Shown here: positions 52,201-64,000 of the stretch, piece by piece
Position numbering within the stretch: the stretch's first letter is position 1
How the letters are laid out: each line of letters opens with the position of its first letter
Notes under the pieces: model-generated
What the model was told of the DNA's origin: nothing
The model's database searches: none
The model's input: the letters and a program-made list of their open reading frames with translations, nothing else
Position numbers and translations under genes: made by a program
Source of the DNA: Antedon mediterranea
Lineage: Eukaryota; Animalia; Echinodermata
Reading direction: 5' to 3'
Assembly: GCF_964355755.1 (NCBI RefSeq)
Contig: NC_092672.1
Span: forward strand, 6,510,001-6,574,000
DNA: 64,000 nt

Positions 52201-55200
52201 GGGAAAGCTGGTGTAGGATCTGTGGTCAACCACAGACGGAAATCTGGATGTGGTTTTGCGATTCGCTCCAATGCTTTCTCAAGATCTCGAAGCCACTTGG
52301 CAAGAAGATGACAATTCTGTAACATTAACCATTGACCTCGAGCAATAGCTGTTTCCAAGAGTTGTAAAGCAACCTATAATATTCAAAATAAAAATAATCA
52401 AGCTACAATACAAGACCAATAAAGTTGATTTTAAACATCATAATATCCAATGGCCTTTTCAGCAATCATAATTTAAAGTAAAATCCATTTTGTGACAACA
52501 ACATTTTCGTCACAAACATTTATTTATTTAAACACTAGCTGGGGTGCCATACACTCACCTTTTCTTGGCCTTGACCCATGGAAAGGAACTTGAGCTTATT
52601 ACCACCAAAACCAGACCTCTCTGCCAACTTAGTGAGATCACTTGCCGGATCAGAACCAGGACTCAGGATGAAAACGATGGGAGAAAATGGTGTACTCTGG
52701 TCCCAAATGGCATCGTAACTGATAACTGGTGGAGTTACATACTTCTCGCCCATGCAAGATGTGACATAGTCTGTGATGGCACGGTAAACTCGATCTACAC
52801 GGAAGCAACGAAGGAGAAGGAGTCTCTGGAACTCATTGAGTGTGTCCTTGTACTTCCCAGGAAATGGGGCCTGTTCTGGAGCATCCAAGTCATACCACTG
52901 AAAAAGAGCAATTTTAGATAATCAGATGAATGAGGGGAAAATTTAAACAGTACTAAGACATTAGTTTCTTTGGGACATCCCTAATAAGGGGACAAAACAG
53001 GTTTTAACACTACAGCCACTTCTTTGGAATGTACCACAAACATTCATATCTCATTATTTTCCAAAATGCAAAAATAATCACCTTCTTCCAGATGTCATCA
53101 TTCTTTTCAACATCATCAGGAAGTGTTTTCAAATCATCTGCTATCTGGTACAACTGCATGATATCTTCCCAACCTTGCTCTGGCATCCATTTGTTAGGAC
53201 ACTTTCTCTTGCTCTTCTCCAGTGAGAGATTTCCTTTAATAAAGAAGTCCAGCTCCTCTTGCGGCAGCAGTCCTTCACTCTGCTGGAGTTTGATTGTCAT
53301 TTGGAAAGAGAACAGCAATTTGTGCTTCTCAAATAATCCTGAACAAAAAAGGCAAAGCAAAGGTTTGTAACTAAAGCTATGTCTACACTATCAAACTGTA
53401 AGTGATGTGCCCATATATGGACATGATGATGTCATATTACTACCATTAAGCATATCACTACCATATTTGGGCACATCACACTTTTTTTGTCACATAAAGT
53501 TTGATAGCGTAGACAGGGCTTTAGAGATATTAACTTTTGTAGAATTATAATTATTTATTATGAACAGTACTATTACTAACCTGTGCAAGCATAGTTATAT
53601 ACATTATGAGTCAATGCGTCTTTTATATTCGCCAATCGTTTCAAAAGTATCGAATCTGGTAAACTCTTCTTCAGTGAGTGTGTGAACACGTCAAGGAACG
53701 AGGCTAGCGAGTACTGGTACATGTTGTTTATGAGAGCCATTTCAGAAAGAACAAAGAACAGAATTGCACCTCGCTTTGCTGCGGGACGATAGCCATCTCG
53801 CATTTTGTCAATGTCAATGGCTGTTTTGGCTGCCAGCTTCAATTTTTCGGAAACCTGAGATAAAACAAATGTTATAGTGTTAATGACCTTGTACGTACTC
53901 CTCTTTGTGGTCTATTTCTGAAGGACTATAAAGAGATGTAGGAATTAAGCTCATTTAAACTTTGTTCCCACTAGCTACACAACGCAATTGATTTGACCAA
54001 TATTACAAGCAACGGGAATTCGAACAGTGACTTGTCATTGGTCAACTCGCTTGTGTAGCGCGTACGTCCTTGCATTGTGTCTCTAGTGGGAAGTATGCCT
54101 TAGATTTACCTTTGGGGAATTTTCATTTTGAATATGGCATACTTTGGTTCTATAGAAGGAATGCCACAAAACTAATAAGTAATAGTCATAGTCATATATA
54201 CTTTATTGTCCATTTAAAAAACAGAAATGTGATTTGAAAACTGGCAAAATACAAAAATATAAAATACAATTTACAAAAACACACACAAAAAGTTAAGAGG
54301 CTAAAAATTGTTAAAATTAGATAAAAATTATCGGTTACATTTTACCTTTGTACTCTGGAGTTATATAAGTGTATAGCATTAGGTACAAACGAGCACCTAA
54401 ACCGTTTTGTTTTGGTATTAAGTGCACGTAGTCTTATGCCAGAATTCATGAGAGCAAATTGTTTGTGAAGAGGATGTGTTTCATCATCAATGATACTTTT
54501 TACTTTTTTTAACACATTTTCTTTATACAAGGATTCAACATCAGGTAAGTGCTCTCCTACTAGTCTAATTGCTCTATTTCCTATTCGATTAAGTTTAATT
54601 TTATCTTTTTGCATTGTATTACCATAAAAACAAACATTACAAAAAAGTATTACACTGAGAATTACAGAGTTATAAAACAATTTAAGTATAGTTTTGTCAA
54701 TTTGTAGGTACTTCATTTTTCTTAAAATAAACATCCTTTGGTTGGCTTTGCATGTGGCTTTATTTACATTATTTATCCAATTTAGCTTATTGTCAATTAT
54801 ACAACCCAGATATTTGTACTCATTTACTACTTCAATCTCATTTTCATTTATAATCAGAGGTTCTAAGGGTTCTTTAATTTTCCTAAAATCAATTTGCATT
54901 TCTTTTGTTTTCTTTATGTTTAGTTTCAGGTTGTTATTGCAGCACCAGTGATAAAAATCACATCCTAGTTGTCTATAGCTTGTTTCATCATTGCCAGTAA
55001 TGTATCCAGTGATAATGTTAATGTTTCTGTAATTATCATTGCAGCAGTTTCATTGATGAAATTCTTCCTGCATATTAAACACTTACCTCGGTTGCCTTAG
55101 ATTTTGTTTCCTCCAGCGTTTGGACCAACTCTGTGTTGTCAAGCATGTTACCAGTAGATGTTGCCAACTCACGTAAAAGAGAATCTTCAAGATCTTTCAG

Positions 55201-58200
55201 GAGTCGCTTGTTGTCACTTGTTTCTTGGATCAGCCTTTCACGTTGTTCCTCTAGTTCTTTGCGTTCAAAGCCAACGATGACACTTAGCAGTTGATCTTCC
55301 AAACCCTGATTTAATATAAGAATCACAAAATAAACTATTTTCAGAGTACAGTATTTATTTTATTTCTTTTTCCCAACTCTAAATCTAACAGGAGCGAACA
55401 AACACATATATAAACAGCCTACATCATACAATTATATTACTAAATGACATTACACATGGAGAGTGTTGCTATATCTACCAAAAGAGTGTATAATGAACAG
55501 TATACTACCTTCAGTGTGACAGTGTAGTTGATGACCATAGCTTTGCCAAAGACAGCAGGGGTGTACTTGGGGTTTGCCAGCTTAGTATTCAAGTAAAGAC
55601 GGAAGTTGGGATCATAATCAACCTCTTTGTCGCCTAGCATAATGAATTCACGGCCAGCTTGTCCTAGACAAAACAGAATATTAATATTATCAATACTGTG
55701 AAATAGCTCAGAAATTTAGATGGTTTGTATGTATGGATCATGATATATAATCAGACATATGTCTGGCATTTTCTACATGTGTTTGTCATGTATTATTGAA
55801 GGTTGACTAGGGCATTCTAGAATCAAGCAAGAAAATGTTTTGATCTTCTTTAAATTTATTGTTTACCTTTAATATTCTTCTCCAATACATTATCAATGAC
55901 AGGGTCAATGTACTCATCAACATCTTGGAAGAGGAATGGGAAACCATACTTGATGGCAAGCTCTAACTGCTTCAAGAAATCAGGGTCACTGAACGTACAC
56001 ACCTATGAAAGAAAGCACATCCTTTATTCCTTGGAAATAAAAAGATTGTTTTCTAAGACATGTCATGACAATGACAGTTTTCCACAAAATATGCACAAGA
56101 AAGAGTAGGGGATTATCTTACGGAGAAATAAGTTATAATAACTTATTTCTCCATGGTCTTATCATGAATGAAACTCTGAGATTACTATTGGCCTATCATG
56201 TTAATGACAATGATTTATTATTTAAATAATTGAATAATTTTTACTTTAAGATTGTTTGGTTCTTCTTTCTTCTTGATCCAGTTGAGAGCTTGTTGCTGTG
56301 GGTCAATGCAAAGTGGGAAACGACTTGCTCTTGTTGTAAGGATACCATTCTGAATGGAAAGCTCATCTGGTGGAAGACCTTCAGAGCCCCATCTAAAGGA
56401 AGACAATTGTTTTTAAATAAAGTATTATTCTGACAGAATTAAAACAAGTCTCTATCAGCCACTAATTCTTTTATGAAAATATTTAATGTTAAAAAATAAT
56501 AAACCACTGTGAAAGACTGCCACCACACAAACTAGTTCTGTGATAATCAATTGTGGGAAATTACGAACATAATATGAAATTTGATGTCGTAATGTATTGT
56601 AAAATTTTATTTAATTTCTGGTCTCTTCAAGTCAGCGGTACTGCAGTGTAGTGCAGCTGTTAGAGCTACCCTTTTGAATAATAAATAAACCAACACAATG
56701 ATTGACTTACTTGCTAATTTCAACATCATCAGTGAGCAAAGCTTCCACCCGGAAGGGATCACTCAGCGGGATACCTCGGTTTTTCATGTCATTCAACCAT
56801 TCAACATATATTAAGTTATGTCTGAAATCCCATGTAAATGCACCAACGTAGCTGAGGAAAGCAGACGAGATGAGGCAATCACCGAGAAGGCGTACTCTAC
56901 GAAGCTTCAACTCTTCAAGATCTTTTGTCCACCTGTAAAAATAAAGATGTAAAATATATGGAAATTTAGACATATAAACTGAACTATTAAAACAAAAGGT
57001 CAAATATATAAGAATCTGTCTACATTACCAACATTTGTGAAAAAAAGAAGTATATTCACACAATGATGTCATACCTTAATGCTGATTTGATACTAAAATT
57101 ACAGATGACAATAAATATAAAGGATAGCAGAAGGAGATCTTTAAATCAACATTTTACCTAACATTCTCTGATCCTAAGCCTGAGATAAGCTTATCAGCTG
57201 CAATAAGTCGCCTCTCCATGATCTCTGCCTCTTCCTGTAGTTGCTGCTTCTCTCTCATTGCTTCTTCATACTGCTGGCTTAGGCCTAGCAATTCCCCTTC
57301 CAGTGCTCCTACCTCCTTGTTGATACGGTCAAGATCACGTTTAGCCTGATGGAATGTTTTCTCAAGTCTGGCCACCTGGTGTGAAATTTTTTAATTTAAT
57401 TTATTATTTACATTATTTATTGTATCATACGTTTTTAAAGATTTAAAATATTACAACTTGAAAATATATGAATAGCATTTTCACCTTTTCTCTCTTTGGT
57501 TTGATCTCCTTAGCAACAGCACAATAGCCCATGACAGCAGTAACAAACTTGAATAGACCTGCGCCAGCTTTTGAGATCTTGTTCATCTCATCCAGTGAAG
57601 TGTCCATCTCTTTCAAGAAGTTCCTTACAGTTTTAACCTTGAAAATTAGAGAATGAGTCATAGTAATAGAAGCAGTCTACTTCGACCTCTTTTCATCAAT
57701 CTGTTTTTAATATCTATTTCTAACATGTAAAAATTGGTGATAATGAGTGACAAATTACCAATTATAGAGGGCTTTTTAAATGTTTCATTATCAGGCTTAG
57801 TAGGTTGTGGCTGAATGTTTAAGCTAAATTATCAAGCTTTGAACCCCCTTGCACAGAGCCTTCAAATTCAAATCTATTCCTTACTTGTGTCTGGGTAATA
57901 CCATCAACATCCATCTCAGTCAGTGACTTGAGGAAGTTTGCCTCCGACATCATACCTTTGGCAGATTTCCATGAGACTTCTCGTATGCCACGAAGGACGA
58001 CAATGCATTCGCATACCACTTGTACCTGCTTAGGTGGTTTAGCAAACGCCCTGGTAATCAGAATGAGGATTCAGGATGAATACTAGATATGGTCATGTAT
58101 AGTAATGGCAAGTATTACATTAATATGCATTATGGAACGTTGTGCTAAGAGTAGATTACCTGATTTCAGTGACATCTGACTTGTCAAGGTCAGAGAGAGC

Positions 58201-61200
58201 ATTGCGAGCAGCTTCTAAAGCAGGCAAGGCCTCAGCTAAAGAATCCTCAGCATCTTTCTACAACAACAAATTTACAATTTGATTATAAAGATGTGTTTTA
58301 AAAATGTAATTGCAATGTACTTGTTTGTGAAAACCATATACAATTAATGGGACACCCTCTGGATTTAACAAAGTGGCCCTTAAGAGATGTTTACCTTAAA
58401 TAGTGTAAATCATCTTTATTTGATTCATGGAAAGTTTCTCTTTAATAGTGTCCCATAAATAGAAGAGTCCCATTATAGGGGAGAGAGTTTTCTTCCATTA
58501 TAGGGGAGAGAGTTTTCTTCCATTATAGGGTTTCTTTAATAGGAGTTTCCTGTTAATAGGGGTGTCTCACTAATAGGAATGTTCCCTGGAATAGTTGGTC
58601 TCAAAGGAAATGTTCTACTCTGAAAACGATCCATACCTTTTCAACTGAAATAACTTTTGATTGTTCCTCAATCTCTTTACTCTTTGCAATAGCTGCCTGC
58701 TTTTTCTCTGTTGCCTGCGAGGTACGCGATGAAATAACCTCCAGAAGTTTCTCGCACGCTTCGGTCTTCTCTGTAACCGCAACTTTCTGAACAGCTAGCT
58801 TTTCATTTAATTCGTTCAACTGTTCACTGGCTTCTGCTAGCTTAGCCATGCCTCCACCAAGACGATTACACTAAAAATAAACAAGAGATACACTTAATAT
58901 TGATAATGAATATTGATAATTAGTATGATGCCAATTAGTATTCATGATCATGCATACATAGGATTAGATATTTCAAGGACCATAGAATAGTAAAAGCATG
59001 TTAAACAATGCCACTACATTTTAAAGAGAATTTAACATTTACTTACTACGTTGTGGTATAAGGCCCTAAGAGAATTTAACCTTGTTTTGTGTTCAAGAGT
59101 GTATACTAGCGTCTATATCTTTATAAAATAAAAAAAAGAAAGCTTGTAATTAGTTATACCTGTGCAAGGATGTAGTCATTCTTTTCATCCAATAACCTGA
59201 GATATGTGTTGATAAAATCCAAGTAGTTCTTTGGTGTGACATAATTACTTCTACGTAGCTTTTGTAGAAACTTGACACTGGCATCTCCGACACACATGTG
59301 CACGAACACAACATGTTGTACTATGTTGTCTTGTTGATCATCTGGAATGTTCTTAACCTGAGAGCGAAGATAACACATAATTAAAATCTGAATCTATTTG
59401 AAGTATTAAAGTGTTTTTTTTTCATGTTTAACATTCAAAATTAACCCTTTTGTTTGAAGAACAGTGATAATTTAATGTAAAACTTTTAAACTAATTATAA
59501 TGCCATGGTGTGAACATTTTGTTTGTTTGTTTATTAATATTTTCCTACAAATAATTTTTTTTTGGGAAATAGACTTTAAAAATAAACAAAAAACATTGGC
59601 CACCATTAACAAATAAAACAGTCAAGAGAGTTTAGTCAATAAATAAATAAATCAGAAAAAAAGATAAAAAAAATAATATTAAATAAACATACATCATCAC
59701 TTCCCAAGAATACTGAAGCTACAGCCAGCAAAGCCTGTTCAGGCCAAGGCATGAACCAATCAATAGAACAATTATTGACCAAGCCTGGGAAGTTACGACA
59801 TCTAGTGCGGAGGACGTCTCCAACAGGAGACATAGCCAGTACAATGTGAAGGTTGTTGGTACACTGAGAGATGAAGTACTGCCAAATAGCTTCACGTGCT
59901 GGTCCAATCCCTGCTCTCTTTGCTTCATCTCTCATCTAAAAAGAAAATGGTTAGTAAAGTATTTTATAGTTTGTATATTATTAAACCAGTGGCGAGTGGG
60001 AATAGGGAAGTGTAGAAGATATATACAGAAGTACATGCCAAGGAGACAGGAGACATATGATGTTACATACATATTATTAAAACATAGGTACTGTTTATTT
60101 GGGTGATTCATTAGGCACTACAACAAAATTACTAAAGGTTGTTAGTTTAGATTGGTTTGAGTTTACCTAAAGCTCTGTCACAATGGCAGATACTGTAGTT
60201 ATAGAGGAATCTAGTCATATAAATTTGGGTATGTCCCGGACTAAGTATGTAAGTGAGTAAAGCTCTGTCTATACTATCAAAGCTTATGTGACAAAAATGT
60301 ATATGGACATGATCTCTACCATATTTGGGCACATCACAATTTTCTGTCAAACAAGTTTGATAGTGTAGACAGAGCTTAACAGAGCAGTTCAATATTTTAC
60401 CTGTCCAATAATGGCTTCTTTTTCATCATCTGGAAAAAGTGCTGGAACCATTCCAGATGTCAACATGTTGTTGATCAACTCAAGAAACCCTATAAGAAAT
60501 CAATTATTAAAAAACCTCATAAATTTATGAAAAACTTCTACACATTTTGTTAGACCAGGACTTACAAGAATGCGCCTAAACCAGGACAATGAATTAACAT
60601 GAAAGTAACTAGTGTCATTGCAAATCAGTAGCACTCTAATATAAAGTTAGTAAAATATGAAAGTTTGTAAAAACGCCTCAACCTTCTTGACCAACATACC
60701 TGTATGTGAACAAAAATACTTTACCTTCTTGAGCAACATGCTGGTCTGTGAACAAGAATACTGTTTTCTTCTTTTCAATTCCCAGTTTGTTGTACAGTAT
60801 TTTAAGATCATCCCTGAAGTTGTTCTCATCATAGCCTCTGCTAAGGGTGATTTCAAACACTTCACAGCCTGCTGTGAAGGCAGCCAACTTGGTTAAAGAC
60901 TGCTTACCACTACCACCTGGAATATGCAAATAAGTTAATCATTATATGCTAATGTCTAATATGATAATTTACAGAAACACCGGAAAAGTCTGTCTGTTAT
61001 GCTTGGAGATTTGTGAGGTATTCTTATATGGTATAAATGAACATTTTCCCTTCATTAATGGTAAATATGTGCTTTTCATAAAATGTACTTGGTTAAAGAC
61101 GGCTTACCACTACCACCTGGAATATGCAAATAAGGTAATCATTATAGGCTAATAATAATTTCCAGAAAAACCAGAAAAGATGTGTGTTATGTATTCTTAT

Positions 61201-63967
61201 AGTATGAATGGACATTTTCCCTTTGTTAAATGTACTGTACTCACCAACTCCAACCAAGAGTGCATGTCCTTGGTCCATTCTGATGACACGATGTATTCTG
61301 GTCAAATGGTCAAGAGCATCTTCAAACAGCACCAGGTTCATTGATGTATGGTTGTCATTGTATTCTTCCATGATCTAAAAAACGTTATATATAATGTTAT
61401 AATATAATGGTATATAATGGTGTATTAACAAAGAAAAAAAGCTTATTGGATTGATACAGAAATACAATACAAGCATTTGTACTAGATCTAGGCAATATAA
61501 ACTTGTTCCTCTTAAAATTCAAAGTTTCTGTTACCTCTTGAAAGAGAGCCTTGGCTGCATTGTAGTCCTGTAAGTCCTCATACAGCCTAGGCTCTGCTTC
61601 ATCAAGAGCAGTTCTGTAGTCACCAAACAACAATGGTTCTCTCAAGGCATTATCAGCATATTCTCTGAAGTGCTCATTCACAAGATTTTTGGTCAAGCCC
61701 TACAAAAAAAAAATCATTAAAACCTTAGCTATATCTAATTTTTTTTTTTTTGAAACTGACCTAAGCAAATAATATCTATAACCTCGGTTTTTCACTTAAG
61801 CACTTGAATGAATAGAAAGTAATTTAAAAAAACTATGTATTTCATTTTATCAACACTAATCTGTTGAGATCCAATGCAAATTGCTTTAACTACTTTAAAT
61901 AAAGCCCTTCAGTTTTTCACTTAAGTACTATCTTAACTTTAGTAAAAATTTCAACATACATCCACATGCTTCTTATCTTCGTCATTGATCAGTCTATCGT
62001 AGAACACCCGCAAGCACTCATTGCGCCATACTCTTACAAAACTTGTTGGTGTCGTAAACCGATCCGGTGTAGTAAGCAGCAAGCCTTGACATACTCGAGA
62101 TAAGTCACGCAAGTTGAAGATGTAGTGGAACTTTGACGGTGTTGGTGGTAGATCTATAATGATCTGTTTGTAGAGGTCTAGAGTGGCTTGTGTGATCTTT
62201 GGTGCAATTTCCTGAATAGGTTCTTCAAACGACTGCAGATGACCAGATAAGATGGAGCTGTAGATGTTCTTGAGGGAGTCGTCTGATGGAAAAGTGATGT
62301 TGAAAACACTGAAAAGTGAGATGAACCGTGGGTCAACTTCGTTACGTCCACCTCCAGCCTATACAAAATATAAGTAAGTGTTCTTAATAATATAAAAAAT
62401 TATTGCACCCTTGAATAACAATGTTTTCATGATTGAACAATTTTTGACACAACTAAATATTAACCAATAATGCATACCTTTCCCATGGAAGCAATGTATC
62501 CAATATCTCTGATATACTTCATGATAAGATCCTTGCCTCTGTCATACATTCCACCTTTCTCAAGTAGCAACTTCAACAATGCAATGGGCTGCTGGGTACC
62601 ATACTCATCAACCTACAGAAAAATAAACACATACTGTTGTTTACATTCTAAGGGCAAAGAGTCCCCAAATGAGAAACTAACCTCTAAGTAAAGGAAAGAT
62701 AATGGCTTAAAGTTCAGGATACACATCCATAATTACAGTGGCCTTGTTGTCAATCATATTTTACCTGAGGCATGTTCATATCATCCATAAAGACCAAGAG
62801 ATGCTTGCCCGGTGGTGGCCCATATGTGTCTTTAGTACGCTTTTCTACATTAGCCTCCAAATTTCTCTGTAAATCCATAGAGGTTGTTCTGGATGAAAAG
62901 TTGATGTTCAAAATTAGCTGAGAAAAAAAACAATATGTTAATGAATGGAAACAGCAATGTATGTTTTGGGACAACATTCAATGGACACTCTTATTCAGGG
63001 GACTCTTTTTTGGGCCCTAAACAGGGACATCATTATTATATTTGCAAGACATATTTACATGTGCATCTTGATCCATGTTCCTTAGGAAGTCCTGAATGGT
63101 GGCAGTCTTGGAAGTTCCAGTATCTCCTACAAACACAACTGGATGTTTGATCTTTGTCATCATCTCAAGCAGCCAGGTGCTGCGGACTGTATCCACGGTT
63201 GGCACCAGAATCTCATTAAACCTTCTGTCTGGGTCATGGATGTACTTTGGTACCAGACGATTCCATGGGATCCACTGGTAAAAGGGAAAAAATATGATAC
63301 CGATAGCTATTTTATTCACAGTAAGGAGTTTATTTTAATTCAATACAAACATGAGATTATTTATACCAGTTTGAACTAGTAATTGGTCCACTGGTTCCAC
63401 AGTAAACCAATTATAGGCCTGTTAAACACTCAGTAACAGGCCTGTTTTGTTTAGGACCATATATATATGATAACTAGTAAATTTTAATTCGGGCCAATTA
63501 AAAAACAGGTGTATATGTTTAGATTCAATCTGTTAGTGGCGGTTTCATCGCTGTTGGTTGACAACTAAATAAAATTTAAAAAAAAAAATAAATAAATAAC
63601 CTTAAGGAGGACGCCTGAACCATAATTTAGAGAAAAATTGCCTTTGATAAAAGCAGAAAGAAATAGAGCAACCATAATAGCGAAAGCTAGATATTCTTAC
63701 CAGACGTTTATCTCCATCAAAGAAGTACTCAAACAGCGTGTCATACTGAGCCGGTATCTCCCCTGATTTTGCATCAACACCTTCATCCGTCACTGAAGTC
63801 ATAGAAGCAAGATACTTAATGAAGCCGTCAAATTTTACTCGGCCATCTTCCAGGAGTCCAGCACCAAGAGACCAAGTCAGAGCCTGGAGGAAATGTGCTT
63901 CAATAACATCACTCTCAAGGTTTTCTTTGTCCAAGACCGCATCTAACATTCGACTTAGTTGAGTAAC
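49248..63967 (-). CDS. DNAH10: Axonemal dynein heavy chain, 3' part (AAA3 to C-terminus), most likely DNAH10; continues beyond the window
   Basis: AAA3 P-loop [27 protein letters not shown]4 GVGGSGKQS, stalk/MTBD ([19 protein letters not shown]), AAA5 [15 protein letters not shown]6 LSPGSDP and [15 protein letters not shown], and the end [26 protein letters not shown]. The GTSKT variant and C-terminus fit DNAH10. Confidence 0.9.
53375..53520. mobile_element. Family-A Harbinger-type MITE
   Basis: TAA|AGCTATGTCTACACTATCAAAC...GTTTGATAGCGTAGACAGGGCT|TTA. Confidence 0.85.
53957..54101. mobile_element. Degenerate MITE (TIR core TTCCCACTAG..ACACAA.GCAA)
   Basis: TTCCCACTAGCTACACAACGCAA versus TTGCATTGTGTCTCTAGTGGGAA. 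Confidence 0.6.
54183..55018 (-). mobile_element. 5'-truncated non-LTR retrotransposon of the same clade as 29660-30471 but a different family; RT C-terminal ORF still open
   Basis: [15 protein letters not shown]...[23 protein letters not shown]...[14 protein letters not shown]...DETHPLH...[15 protein letters not shown]; 3' AATAAA plus a (TATGAC)n tail. Lies in a dynein intron. Confidence 0.92.
60261..60376. mobile_element. Family-A Harbinger-type MITE with TAA TSD
   Basis: TAA|AGCTCTGTCTATACTATCAAA...GTTTGATAGTGTAGACAGAGCT|TAA. Confidence 0.9.
60889..61230 (-). repeat. Tandem duplication of a dynein intron plus the first ~28 nt of the next exon
   Basis: TTGGTTAAAGAC.GCTTACCACTACCACCTGGAATATGCAAATAAG at 60889 and 61089, with the downstream intronic sequence also alignable. 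Confidence 0.9.
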
Positions 63968-64000
63968 CTGAAAATAATCATAAGTTATGATACACTAAAT

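Noticed and set aside
52119-52921. Plus-strand ORFs antisense to dynein exons
   Set aside because: Shadow ORFs of the real minus-strand coding exons.

Overview
AT-rich, intron-rich animal genomic DNA, probably from an invertebrate deuterostome such as an echinoderm (inference). It is not prokaryotic, and most short ORFs in the track are single exons or noise. I assembled these genes by hand from GT-AG exons: (1) a 5'-partial, low-complexity KIAA1671/TNKS1BP1-like gene (+, 3345-16311) with repeated P-x-W-K helical motifs; (2) PES1/pescadillo (-, 20461-26557); (3) a candidate unannotated type I membrane microprotein head-to-head with PES1 (+, 27365 to 28191 or 28453); (4) WSB, WD40 plus SOCS box (+, 29209-38357); (5) OSTC (+, 43518-45593); (6) the 3' part of an axonemal dynein heavy chain, most likely DNAH10 (-, 49248-63967). 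Introns and intergenic DNA hold many MITEs, Helentron-type elements, two 5'-truncated LINEs, minisatellites and a 186-bp satellite with an embedded hairpin array. The most notable signals are a dispersed family of 13-37 bp CATGG...CCATG palindromes with 7-bp target duplications that look like P-superfamily excision footprints, the membrane microprotein, a duplicated splice acceptor at a dynein Walker A motif, and a stop-containing microexon. All homology calls come from motif recognition, not database searches.
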